DNA of 64,000 nt from Eledone cirrhosa (GCA_964016885.1 OZ024742.1:306590001-306654000); one strand, 5' to 3'. Positions 43,183 to 56,526 are shown, counted from the first letter of the stretch. Numbers and translations are program-made. Notes: generated from the letters alone by a model not told the origin.

Positions 43183-43835
43183 TGTATGTATGTATAAGTG
43201 TGTCTGTGTGTATATATATATACACATACATACACGTTTGTGAGGGTATGCGTGTGTCTGTGTTTATGTTCCTATCTGTTATGATAGTGCGTGTTTGATA
43301 ATGCATTAGTGTGTGTTAGTAAAGGCAAGTATACTTCAAATCATTTCAGAAGTTAGGTTATAAGGGCATACGACGCCAAATGCAAGAACCTCGAGTTCGC
43401 TAAATGACAATTGGGAAATTTCCAGAAACAGAACATCTATAAATGCCGATGTGTTGTTGCTTGGATACCTCTTCGTAGTGTTAGTAGGCAAACCTCAATT
43501 TTAAAAGTGAATGATTAATGAGTGGTCATTACCACCTGACAGTATGTTGGCGGAAGTAAAGTCACTGACATATTAATCTTTGAACTTCTAATACAAAGGA
43601 CTGGAACACATTCATTTATACACATTCATCTTCAGTGACGTGTACCCCCTTTAGCACTTCTGGCTTTTCTCTCTTCTAGCCCTGTTAGCCTATTTTTATA
43701 TACATACACACGCAAACATCCTCATATATCACGCAAGTACGCATCCATACATGTGTGTGTGAGTGGTTAGAAGAATATGTACAATACTGATATATATAAA
43801 CATATGTAAGGATTTATTGACGTATCGCTTGTTTG

Positions 43836-43877
<42 letters not shown>

Positions 43878-44229
43878 GTGTCTTCTTTCTAAGCTGAATC
43901 TTTTTGAGCCACTACTCGCCATTTCCCGTTCGCGGACCCCAGTCGCCTGAACATAGGAATGGGTAAACCATTTTCAAATTATCAGTTTGAACAAGACTGT
44001 AACCAATGTAATCATTTTATTAACGAATTCTTCTTGGTTAACGTTCGGTTTTTGAGGATAAATATTCAACTAATACGATCATTCTGATTCTGCAGATAGA
44101 GCTTTAAAGGTTTCCAAATGTTAATAGACGCATTGCTTTAGGAATGACACTGTCTCAATTTAAACATAATAACTAATACAGCATGGATATGTCGTTCCAC
44201 AATGATTTAGAACTAGGTGTTTACTGTTA

Positions 44230-44370
44230 TCTTGTGTGTTGCAACATCTCTTTGATGTAAGTGCATGGTAAGCCTACGGCAATGTTCCAATACCTGACCA
44301 ATATAAGAATTGCAGTAAATATATAACTTTTCCTTCACATTTGAAGATATAAATGACACCGGTCTCCGGT
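44230..44370 (-). pseudogene. Decayed PLE GIY-YIG endonuclease remnant
   Basis: Minus strand TGVIYIFKC... (frameshift) CNSYIGQ....RRLTMHL. Confidence 0.6.
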
Positions 44371-44785
44371 TTACATGTTTTTCGGGGGGGTTTTAAACAA
44401 AGATAAGCATGATTTCATTATTTGTTTTTAGTCTGCAATCGTTGATAAGTTTGATAATTTTATTCTATGTTCATACTTATAAGACATTTTTAAATGTGTT
44501 TGTTTATAGGTAACACAATCGATTTGTGAAGTACATTTTATGAGTGATTTGTATATATTTAATGGGTCTTGTTTCGGATATATTTATTGATTTGTATGCC
44601 TATATTCGGGGGTTTGTTCTATCACTCATTGTTCATTAACATTCGTTTTATTATGTTGGTGTTTGTTTTATTATGTCGACATTTACACCTTTATCTGGAG
44701 CGGAGAAACTTATCGATCTCTCAAAAATTGTATTACTGATATTTTGAAGGTATGTGGACATTTTATATCACCCGTGTCTGCAAAT

Positions 44786-44860
44786 AACACCTGATGGAAT
44801 CGTCTAGTCTTACAATATAATCGGATGATAGGGCTCGGACATCGAAATATGTATAGTGTT
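44786..44860 (+). ncRNA. Hammerhead-like motif
   Basis: AACAC CTGATGG ..GTC..GAC.. GAAA TATGTA TA GTGTT. Confidence 0.5.
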
Positions 44861-45018
44861 TTCGCGGAATAAAAATTCTAAAGTAAATTTTCCAATTCGG
44901 TCTTCTGTTGTTGTTTTAATGTATATATATATGTGTGTGTGCGTATGTGTGTGTGTATCCCCACGTGTCTCTGTGTGTGTGCATGTGTGCTTGTGTGTGA
45001 GTGTGTGTGTATACATGA

Positions 45019-45050
<32 letters not shown>

Positions 45051-46212
45051 GTATATATATATATGTTTATAGTAATAATAATAAATTTGAAGACTAAAAT
45101 CCAAAGAGGGCTCGAGTTTCAGAAGATCCCGTTAAGGGTGAAAGCAGCGATTCTTTGATTAAACTTTAATCTGTTATTTTAATATATATATATATATACA
45201 CACACACTTATACATACATATAATTATATATATATATATAATTATATGTATGTATGTATAAGTGTGTCTGTGTGTGTATATATATATAGACACATACATA
45301 CACGTTTGTGAGGGTATGCGTGTGTCTGTGTTTATGTTCCTATCTGTTATGATAGTGCGTGTCTGATAATGCATTAGCGTGTGTTAGTACAGGCAAGTTT
45401 ACTTCAAATTATTTCAGAAGTTAGGTTATAAGGGCATACGACGCCAAATGCAAGAACCTCGAGTTCACTAAATGACAATTGGGAAATTTTCAGAAACAGA
45501 ACATCTTTAAATGCCGATGTGTTGTTGCTTGGATACCTCTTCGTAGTGTTAGTAGGCAAACCGCAATTTCAAAAGTGAATGATTAATGAGTGGTCAATAC
45601 CACACTCATTTTCTAATATGATTTCCTTTCTATTTATATTTGCCAGGTTTAAAGTTTGGACTGATGAAGTTATATTTTTTTTCTACAAATCTTTCTTCGG
45701 AAAGTCAAATCCTGTCTCAGCAACCACGGAAAATACTAGTTTACTTATTTTTGCTGTTTCACGTTAGGTTTCCAAACATTATAGATACATCAATGTTCAA
45801 CTGGTATTAGTAACAACACCAGACAGAAAACATATGTTGTCTTGTATGCTCCTTGGCGTTTGGCTTAATTTCAATAGCAGATTGTTAGTAATGAAATCGT
45901 TCCACAATTTACCTTTAAATATTTCCTATCAACCATCAACCTGGAAACATATGATTTCAGATTTCGGGCGCATGCTGCAGATGATATTCAAGGGTAAATG
46001 CATGGAAATAAAATCCAACTTTTGTTGCTACAGCATTTATGTATGTTCAGGTATCTTGCTCCATAACGTGGACTGTTACTTTGTTTATGCTTGTTTATGT
46101 CTCATAATCTAATAAAATAAATTTATAAATCAATATATACTGTCTATATCATATTTTATTGAATTATATATCCATATATATATATATATATACATATGTG
46201 TGTGTGAGTATT

Positions 46213-46248
<36 letters not shown>

Positions 46249-46615
46249 AAGTAATTCCATCGGAAAAGTCCAGGAAAAAAGAGTGCTCTATGTAAGCAAC
46301 AGAGCTTAATTATTATTATTATGTAATAAACAACATAAGGCAATTATTCCATTTACCAGTGGTTTCTTAAAAGCAAAAGGTTTTGCTTTCAATCCTCAGA
46401 ATGAAAAATCCTGGTTTGTTTATTGAATATGGATTCTAAAAACGAAAATGCAATCTATATGAAAGTGAGGCTGGAAAAGGGAGAAGGAAAGGAAAAATAA
46501 AATAAAATAAAACTACACATGCAAACACACACAAAAAAACCCAAAAGCATACTTACACACACACACATATATACACATATAATTTGCACGCATACACATA
46601 TACACATACACATAC

Positions 46616-46660
<45 letters not shown>

Positions 46661-46761
46661 CACATACATACACATATATATATATAAAGAGCGTACACCT
46701 ACACACACATACACATATATATACACACATATACACATACATATATTCATACATACACACG

Positions 46762-46797
<36 letters not shown>

Positions 46798-46819
46798 TAT
46801 ACATACACATGTACATATC

Positions 46820-46859
<40 letters not shown>

Positions 46860-47304
46860 CATATACACACATATACACATATACATACACACACACACAC
46901 ATGTGTGTGTACAAGCCTACACATACACACACACATATATATACACACACATATACATACATTCACACAAACATACAACGTACATACATACATACACATA
47001 CATGAATGCACTCCACTACATATTAACACACGCAAATAAATATAAGAAAAAAATATATAAATAATATTAACAAATATTTGACAGCGATACATGCCCCAGC
47101 TAACAGGACAGACACGCGTGGTAAGTAATACACACATAAGCGCATATACATACGTTCGAAATAGTAAACACATACACACACTCTCACACATAAATATACA
47201 TATACAAATACATAAACACGTACATACACATACATACGCAAACACGTACACGTATACAATATAAACACACACATGTATATGTAATTATATACACACACAC
47301 ACAC

Positions 47305-47355
<51 letters not shown>

Positions 47356-47635
47356 CAAAATATAAAAATATAAACGCACACACACATATAAATACGTAAA
47401 CACACATATACATACATAGCTAAACAATTATACACATGCAAATACGTATATATCAAAAGAACGCACAACCAAATACAAACACACACACATATATACACAC
47501 ACACACACCCACACACAAACCCACACATACATAAAAATAAATAAAAACACACGCAACATATACATACATACACATACATATACATATATACATATATACA
47601 TATACACATATATATATACACATACATATACACAA

Positions 47636-47667
<32 letters not shown>

Positions 47668-47907
47668 ACGTACACATACACACATGCATACACATACACA
47701 CACACATATACATGTGTGTATGTGTAAAGCTCAGTATTAGATAAGACAAATGAACCTTACATAAACGTATATATAGTAGTAAAGTAATAAAGCCATACAA
47801 GGCAATTAATCCATTCACCAGAGGTTTCTTAAAAGCAAAAAAAGTTTCCTTCAATCTTCAGAATGAAATATACAAATATATACACACATACAGACACGCA
47901 CACACAC

Positions 47908-47939
<32 letters not shown>

Positions 47940-48396
47940 GTACATATATATATATATATATATATACAGACATATATACATACACACATATATACACACA
48001 CATACATATACATACATACATACACATATATATACATACACAAACATACACGTACACATATACATATATACACACAAAAATACATACACATACACATAGG
48101 TATGTGAAGGGCAAAACAAAAAGAATATATGGGGTGGGGGGCCTAGAGGAGGTAAAAATATAAAGGGAGGTAAGGGAGAAAAAAATATTTTTTAAAAACA
48201 AGAGTACAGAAGGTAGAAGCAGCAAAATAAAAGCCGTAGCAAAAGTAAAGAGCAGTATGTGTATGTATGTATGTACGTTGTATGTTTGTGTGAATGTATG
48301 TATATGTGTGTGTATATATATGTGTGTGTGTATGTGTAGGCTTGTACACACACATGTGTGTGTGTGTGTATGTATATGTGTATATGTGTGTATATG

Positions 48397-48436
<40 letters not shown>

Positions 48437-48458
48437 GATATGTACATGTGTATGTATA

Positions 48459-48494
<36 letters not shown>

Positions 48495-48595
48495 CGTGTG
48501 TATGTATGAATATATGTATGTGTATATGTGTGTATATATATGTGTATGTGTGTGTAGGTGTACGCTCTTTATATATATATATGTGTATGTATGTG

Positions 48596-48642
<47 letters not shown>

Positions 48643-48852
48643 GTATGTGTATGTGTATATGTGTATGCGTGCAAATTATATGTGTATATATGTGTGTGTG
48701 TGTAAGTATGCTTTTGGGTTTTTTTGTGTGTGTTTGCATGTGTAGTTTTATTTTATTTTATTTTTCCTTTCCTTCTCCCTTTTCCAGCCTCACTTTCATA
48801 TAGATTGCATTTTCGTTTTTAGAATCCATATTCAATAAACAAACCAGGATTT

Positions 48853-48910
48853 TTCATTCTGAGGATTGAAAGCAAAACCTTTTGCTTTTAAGAAACCACT
48901 GGTAAATGGA
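48853..48910 (+). ncRNA. Type I hammerhead in the upstream pLTR (mirror copy 46348-46405 on minus)
   Basis: TTCATT CTGAGGA TTGAAAGCAAAA cc TTTTGCTTTTAA GAAA CCA c TGG TA AATGGA; predicted cut after 48904. Confidence 0.85.
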
Positions 48911-49130
48911 ATAATTGCCTTATGTTGTTTATTACATAATAATAATAATTAAGCTCTGTTGCTTACATAGAGCACTCTTTTTTCCTGGACTTTTCCGATG
49001 GAATTACTTCATTTATACAGCTCCAACCGGGATTGATCGCAGCATATTCGATATTACATATACGATTGGCACTTTCCAGCCCGATTAGTTGAGCACTCTA
49101 CAGTTTTCAGGAATTTAACCAACATACACC

Positions 49131-51263
49131 ATGGACCTTTATGATTTGGATTATTCTATCAAAAACATACCCACTCCTTCCAACACAACATACACCAAAA
49201 TCCTCATTGATAAAATCGAGCAAGTCGTTAAAAGAATGAGATGGAAGGCAATGGTTTACGATGGACTATTCAGTGCTGATACTAAAGATAATTTTGACAT
49301 TAAATCCCGTAAATATCCACCTAGAATTAAAGACATGGCCAACTTCGAATTAGACCTCGTTAATCTAATTAGTGATATCAAATTTCGTAAGTACAATAAT
49401 AATTTTCAAACTAAACTTTCTCACGATATCTCTAATTTTAGAAATTCTACAAACACTTTTGTTCTTTCTGATAAAACCAAAAACCTCTTTGAAGTTAATA
49501 GTAATTTGTATAACCAACTTTTAACTAATAGTATTACCAATAAATATCAATTAACTAATAATAATAGCTACAATACTATCAATAAAGAAGCTAAAGAACT
49601 AGCTAGTTCTTTACAAATAGATAACCGGATTGAAAGCTTAGCTAAGCGTAAAGCATATATTACCCTTAAAGACCATAAATTGGACTTTACTAATCGACCT
49701 AGTTGTAGACTGATTAACCCGGCTAAATCCGAGGTTGGCCTTGCTAGTAAGAAAATCTTAAGAAAAATAATTATCCAAATTAGAACTAACACTGTCCTTT
49801 CACAGTGGCTAAATACTTCCTCTGTTATTTCTTGGTTCAATAATATACAAGGTAAAAATAAGTGTAGATTTACGCAATTTGATATTGTCGATTTTTACCC
49901 TTCTATTACCGTTTCCTTATTAACTAAAGCCTTAGATTTTGCAAGACCCTTCATTAATATCTCCAAATTAGAAGAGGACATTATCTTTCATGCCAGAAAA
50001 ACTTTACTTTTTACTAATGATAAGATTTGGGTTAAAAAGTCAAACCCTGAAAACTCTTTCGATGTTGCAATGGGTTCTTATGACAGTGCGGATGTGTGCG
50101 ACTTAGTAGGATTATTCCTTCTCCACACACTCAAAGAGAAATTTCCGTCCCATAATATCGGTTTATACCGTGATGACGGATTAGCAGTTTCTCATACCAC
50201 CAATGGCCATAATCTTGATAAATTCCGTAAAGATTTAATTAGTACCTTTGCTAATCTTAACCTTAAAATTACTATAGATACGAACCTTACTAATGCTAAC
50301 TTTCTTGATATTAATCTTGATCTACTTACTGCCTCTTTTAAACCCTATCATAAACCTAATGAAAATCTTAGGTATATACACAAAGAGTCTTGCCATCCCC
50401 CTATAGTTTTTAATAATCTTATTCCTAACATTAGCCGTAGGATTTCTACTTTATCTTCGTCTATAGACATTTTTAATAAAGCCGCCCCTTATTATAATAA
50501 AGCCCTTAAGAACAGCGGTTTTACAGAAAATATTTCTTATTTACCTATTCCCCCCCCTAAAACTAACCATAATAACAGGAAAAGGAAGATTATTTGGTTC
50601 ACACCCCCCTTCTCTCTAAATGTCAAAACTAATGTAGGAAGGAAATTCCTTGAACTATTAGACAAACATTTTCCTCCTATTCATAGATATTATAAGATTT
50701 TTAATAGGAATGTAGTTAAGATCAGCTACTCTTGTTGTCCATCCATGAAATCCAAAATCACCAGTTCAAACCGTACGAGGATAAATCCAGGATGCAGTTG
50801 CAGGAAGCCGGATGAATGCCCATTGCAGGGTAAATGTAAAACAAAATCTGTCGTTTATGAGGCTAAAATAACGCCAGTTATCAACAACCAGCCAGCCAGA
50901 AGCGAGCGATATGTCGGTATGACCCAGGACAGGTTTAAAACCAGATTTTACTCACATGTCGCTTCTTTTAAACACTCAGATAAACGAACATCAACGGCCC
51001 TCGCAAGTAAGGTATGGGATCTCAAGGATAGTAATATCCCGTACTCTATTGATTGGTCTATATTAGACCATTCGAGGGAGTACCAAAGGGGCACAAAGAA
51101 TTGTTCTTTGTGTACCACAGAAAAGTATAGGATTTTGCTAAACTTGAGAGACACTTCCGCTTGCCTTAACTCTAAGACTGAGATCTTCAGATGCTGTCCT
51201 CATCTGAAATCGCATCTGATCTGTAACTGGATTGACACTCCTACGATAAATCAACCGCCTTGA
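49131..51263 (+). CDS. PLE reverse transcriptase / GIY-YIG endonuclease, 710 aa, uninterrupted
   Basis: YSIKNIP, LKDHK, RLINPAKS, FDIVDFYPSI, MGSYDSADVCDLVG, GLYRDDGL, NFLDINL, CSCRKPDECPLQGKC linker, VVYEA...YVGMT...FKTRFYSH, CSLCTTEK, LNSKTE. Confidence 0.96.
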   Translation: MDLYDLDYSIKNIPTPSNTTYTKILIDKIEQVVKRMRWKAMVYDGLFSADTKDNFDIKSRKYPPRIKDMANFELDLVNLISDIKFRKYNNNFQTKLSHDISNFRNSTNTFVLSDKTKNLFEVNSNLYNQLLTNSITNKYQLTNNNSYNTINKEAKELASSLQIDNRIESLAKRKAYITLKDHKLDFTNRPSCRLINPAKSEVGLASKKILRKIIIQIRTNTVLSQWLNTSSVISWFNNIQGKNKCRFTQFDIVDFYPSITVSLLTKALDFARPFINISKLEEDIIFHARKTLLFTNDKIWVKKSNPENSFDVAMGSYDSADVCDLVGLFLLHTLKEKFPSHNIGLYRDDGLAVSHTTNGHNLDKFRKDLISTFANLNLKITIDTNLTNANFLDINLDLLTASFKPYHKPNENLRYIHKESCHPPIVFNNLIPNISRRISTLSSSIDIFNKAAPYYNKALKNSGFTENISYLPIPPPKTNHNNRKRKIIWFTPPFSLNVKTNVGRKFLELLDKHFPPIHRYYKIFNRNVVKISYSCCPSMKSKITSSNRTRINPGCSCRKPDECPLQGKCKTKSVVYEAKITPVINNQPARSERYVGMTQDRFKTRFYSHVASFKHSDKRTSTALASKVWDLKDSNIPYSIDWSILDHSREYQRGTKNCSLCTTEKYRILLNLRDTSACLNSKTEIFRCCPHLKSHLICNWIDTPTINQPP

Positions 51264-51588
51264 ACTCCTTCTCTGCTCTTTACTTTTGCTACGGCTTTTA
51301 TTTTGCTGCTTCTACCTTCTGTACTCTTGTTTTTAAAAAATATTTTTTTCTCCCTTACCTCCCTTTATATTTTTACCTCCTCTAGGCCCCCCACCCCATA
51401 TATTCTTTTTGTTTTGCCCTTCACATACCTATGTGTATGTGTATGTATTTTTGTGTGTATATATGTATATGTGTACGTGTATGTTTGTGTATGTATATAT
51501 ATGTGTATGTATGTATGTATATGTATGTGTGTGTATATATGTGTGTATGTATATATGTCTGTATATATATATATATATATATATGTAC

Positions 51589-51620
<32 letters not shown>

Positions 51621-51660
51621 GTGTGTGTGCGTGTCTGTATGTGTGTATATATTTGTATAT

Positions 51661-51718
51661 TTCATTCTGAAGATTGAAGGAAACTTTTTTTGCTTTTAAG
51701 AAACCTCTGGTGAATGGA
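51661..51718 (+). ncRNA. Diverged internal hammerhead, probably non-cleaving (mirror copy 47810-47867)
   Basis: TTCATT CTGAAGA ... GAAA CCTCTGG TG AATGGA; G at the NUH cleavage position. Confidence 0.65.
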
Positions 51719-51860
51719 TTAATTGCCTTGTATGGCTTTATTACTTTACTACTATATATACGTTTATGTAAGGTTCATTTGTCTTATCTAATACTGAGCT
51801 TTACACATACACACATGTATATGTGTGTGTGTATGTGTATGCATGTGTGTATGTGTACGT

Positions 51861-51892
<32 letters not shown>

Positions 51893-52172
51893 TTGTGTAT
51901 ATGTATGTGTATATATATATGTGTATATGTATATATGTATATATGTATATGTATGTGTATGTATGTATATGTTGCGTGTGTTTTTATTTATTTTTATGTA
52001 TGTGTGGGTTTGTGTGTGGGTGTGTGTGTGTGTATATATGTGTGTGTGTTTGTATTTGGTTGTGCGTTCTTTTGATATATACGTATTTGCATGTGTATAA
52101 TTGTTTAGCTATGTATGTATATGTGTGTTTACGTATTTATATGTGTGTGTGCGTTTATATTTTTATATTTTG

Positions 52173-52223
<51 letters not shown>

Positions 52224-52668
52224 GTGTGTGTGTGTGTATATAATTACATATACATGTGTGTGTTTATATTGTATACGTGTACGTGTTTGCGTATGTATGT
52301 GTATGTACGTGTTTATGTATTTGTATATGTATATTTATGTGTGAGAGTGTGTGTATGTGTTTACTATTTCGAACGTATGTATATGCGCTTATGTGTGTAT
52401 TACTTACCACGCGTGTCTGTCCTGTTAGCTGGGGCATGTATCGCTGTCAAATATTTGTTAATATTATTTATATATTTTTTTCTTATATTTATTTGCGTGT
52501 GTTAATATGTAGTGGAGTGCATTCATGTATGTGTATGTATGTATGTACGTTGTATGTTTGTGTGAATGTATGTATATGTGTGTGTATATATATGTGTGTG
52601 TGTATGTGTAGGCTTGTACACACACATGTGTGTGTGTGTGTATGTATATGTGTATATGTGTGTATATG

Positions 52669-52708
<40 letters not shown>

Positions 52709-52730
52709 GATATGTACATGTGTATGTATA

Positions 52731-52766
<36 letters not shown>

Positions 52767-52867
52767 CGTGTGTATGTATGAATATATGTATGTGTATATG
52801 TGTGTATATATATGTGTATGTGTGTGTAGGTGTACGCTCTTTATATATATATATGTGTATGTATGTG

Positions 52868-52920
<53 letters not shown>

Positions 52921-53130
52921 GTATGTGTATGTGTATATGTGTATGCGTGCAAATTATATGTGTATATATGTGTGTGTGTGTAAGTATGCTTTTGGGTTTT
53001 TTTGTGTGTGTTTGCATGTGTAGTTTTATTTTATTTTATTTTTCCTTTCCTTCTCCCTTTTCCAGCCTCACTTTCATATAGATTGCATTTTCGTTTTTAG
53101 AATCCATATTCAATAAACAAACCAGGATTT

Positions 53131-53188
53131 TTCATTCTGAGGATTGAAAGCAAAACCTTTTGCTTTTAAGAAACCACTGGTAAATGGA
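53131..53188 (+). ncRNA. Type I hammerhead in the downstream pLTR
   Basis: Identical to 48853-48910; predicted cut after 53182. Confidence 0.85.
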
Positions 53189-53329
53189 ATAATTGCCTTA
53201 TGTTGTTTATTACATAATAATAATATATATATATATATATAAATAACAGATTAAAGTTTAAGCAAAGAATCGCTGCTTTCACCCTTAACAGGATCTTCTT
53301 TGGATTGTAGTCTTCAAATGTATTATTAT

Positions 53330-53420
<91 letters not shown>

Positions 53421-53423
53421 GAG

Positions 53424-53459
<36 letters not shown>

Positions 53460-53482
53460 CGATATATATAAATATAGATATG

Positions 53483-54604
53483 TGGAAAAAAATGAAACGA
53501 AATTTCATTTCTCATTCTTAGTACGGCAGTTACTTAAATATAAGTATGTATACGTACATACATATATGTATACAGACGTACAGTAGTATGTATATATATA
53601 CATACATGCACACATATATATATGTACGTATGGATTTACCGAGCATTTATTATAATGCTCGGTTTGTTTGTAAACAAGAATCCCGCATTAAGCCGTACAG
53701 TCTTTAGCAACCATCGTTGCCCTTTTGTTCAACACTGACAAAGGAACGATGTACTAGTTTCAAGCTTATTAGTTATCGTCAGCACCGTATACCTTCTTAC
53801 CATATGATTGAACGTCTGAAAGTATATACTTTCCTTGTGCATATTAACTCACTCGCTATGACAATTAGGCTGCTCAGCCGTTAATATGCATAAGGAAAGT
53901 ATATACTTTCAGTCGTTCAATCATCTAGCAAGAAGGTATTCGGTGCTGACGATAGATAATAAGCTTGAAACTAGTACATTGTTCCTTTGTCAGTGTTGAA
54001 CAAAAGGGCAACGATGGTTGCTAAACACTGTACGGCTTAATTCGGGATGTTTGTTTACAAACAAACCGAGCATTATAATAAATGCTCGGTAAATCCATAC
54101 ATACATATATATATGTGTGCATGTATGTATATATATACATACTACTGTACGTCTGTATACATATATGTATGTACGTATACATACTTATATTTAAGTAACA
54201 GCCGTACTAAGAGTGAGAAATAAAATTTCGTTTCATTTTTTTCCTTTTATCGTTTCCGGTGCGCCCGGCCGATTAACTCACTCGATATGCAAATTAGGCT
54301 GCTCAGCTGTTAATATGCATAAGGAAAGTATATACTTTCAGACGTTCAATCATCTAGCAGGAAGGTATACGGTGCTGACGATAGCTAATAAGCTTGAAAC
54401 TTTGTCAGTGTTGAACAAAAGGGCAAATATGGTTGCTAAACACTGTACGGCTTAATTCGGATCGTTTGTTTACAAACAAACCGAGCATTATAATAAATGC
54501 TCGGTAAATCCATACGTACATATTTATATGTGTGCATGTATGTATATATATACATACTACTGTACATCTGTATACATATATGTATGTACGTATACATACT
54601 TATA
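53483..54604. mobile_element. Retrozyme-like family E: inverted arm (53483-53848) plus ~1.8 tandem 429-bp non-coding units
   Basis: TTAACTCACTCG at 53844 and 54273; hammerheads at 53747-53787 (-), 53941-53981 (+) and a deleted copy at 54370. Confidence 0.85.
53941..53981 (+). ncRNA. Compact type I hammerhead ribozyme
   Basis: CGGTG CTGACGA tAGATaataAGCTt GAAA CTAG TA CATTG; palindromic stem III ACTAGT. Confidence 0.8.
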
Positions 54605-55228
54605 TATATATATGTTTGTTTGATAACTTTTAGTTGAGTGCTTAATTCGGTTTGTGTAAAGGAATTTTATTCCTTTGTTCCAAATTTGAATTTGACCGCC
54701 AAAACCGGGGGTTACCTCTCTTTGGGAAAACCATGTGCCTTCTACCAGTGTTTACTGCTATTATTCACACCCAGGTGGACGAGAACGAAAAATTTGTTGA
54801 CGGAATAAATTCCTCTGTTCTATCTTCCAAAAACCATTAACTTGCAGACCCCTGCAAGTGGATTTTGTCGATTTCGGATTTACAGAAACCGGGCGCAGAT
54901 ATTATATATTATATGTGATGTATATTATATATTATATGTAATGTATATTATATAGTATATATTATGTGTTGTGTAAGGTATAGACGCGATGGTCCAGGTT
55001 TGTCATATTTTATCCTGAGTTCAGTTTTTTCGTCGCTTTGGTCACTGCGGCCCGTCTATCGGTCGCTGTCTTCAATTTGCAAAGCTGTCTAAACGTAATG
55101 TTATAACTCTAAGGTAATATACCTTATTGAGTGCTTATCTACACACCCCGACTGCATTCGTTATCTTGGCTGCAACCAGAGCTTCGATGATTCTGTACTA
55201 AATTTTGTATATATATATATATATATAT

Positions 55229-55420
55229 ATAGGAAAAAGTATGACGCCGACGGCAGAGCTCAAGCCGTTTCGACGGCTATTTCGTCCAAAAATAGCCGTC
55301 GAAACAGCTTGAGCTTTGCCGTCGGTGTCATACTTTTTCCTATTACCCACTCTAATACCCTAAGTATTGAGTGCTCTGGTGCGTTATGGTTCATCTAGGT
55401 TCCTTATCACAACTCCTTCG

Positions 55421-55423
<3 letters not shown>
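55229..55423. mobile_element. Micro fold-back (family D)
   Basis: Arms 55229-55282 / 55290-55343 plus 80-nt tail. Confidence 0.85.
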
Positions 55424-55496
<73 letters not shown>

Positions 55497-55507
55497 TAAG
55501 AGAGATA

Positions 55508-55571
<64 letters not shown>

Positions 55572-56248
55572 AGGAAATACAGAAATAGACGAAAACCTAG
55601 AATTCTTGCAAATTCCTGTCAACAATGAACAAGACGACTATTTTTTGTTTCTTTTTTGCCAATATTTTAAGCAAATTATTCAATATATAGTGACACAAAT
55701 ATGAAATTACAACTGTGATACATTGTAAAACGTATATAATAGCTGAACAAATTCGTCTCTTCTTACACGTGTTATGTTGTTTGATATTACAATTTCGTAA
55801 CACAATACAGTCTATCTGTTCAGTTTTTCATACTTCGCTGTCTATCTCTTTATTTCTTTCTCTCATTCAAACACCCACAGACATACACGACTCTTATTTC
55901 TCTCTCCATTCCTGTCTCTGCTCTGAATTTGTTTTCAATTTTTTATATAGAAACAGCCACTTTTCAGATTTCATACAATGTGTTAATGTTGCATGTTCTC
56001 TGTAGGTACAGATATAATTATGTGTTCTTTTTTGTGGGGATGCGTAAATTTACAATTTGTTTATATCTAAGTAGTCACATATAAATATACATCTACACAG
56101 ACACACACATGATATTTATATATATATATATACATATATATATTTATATATACATGCATATATATATATATGCATATATATATATACATATATATATATT
56201 CATATATATATATATATACACGCACAGGCACACGCACACGCGCACACG

Positions 56249-56332
<84 letters not shown>

Positions 56333-56465
56333 TATATATATATATTCTCTCGATACTCAGGGACTATATGCCTAGTGTATAAGACTATGTTTCCACATCA
56401 AACAACATCAATGCTTCTTTCAAATTCCGAAAATTTCTATCTCTCAACGAGTCGAAACATTGATT

Positions 56466-56526
<61 letters not shown>

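Larger units (their letters stand above)
43101..45603 (+). repeat. Direct duplication: 43101-43535 repeated at 45197-45603
   Basis: Colinear copies differing by about 11 substitutions in the non-microsatellite part. Confidence 0.9.
46247..53224 (+). mobile_element. Apparently intact Penelope-like retroelement (family A, probably Nematis-like): inverted 3' copy + partial pLTR + ORF + long 3' pLTR
   Basis: 46247-48255 is the reverse complement of 51273-53224 plus tail (48940-49011); 48256-48940 repeats 52528-53224; copies nearly identical; (TA)n flanks. Confidence 0.95.

Noticed and set aside
49131-51263. Selenoprotein-type or N-terminal-endonuclease (Naiad/Chlamys) PLE
   Set aside because: The endonuclease is C-terminal and the ORF has no in-frame TGA
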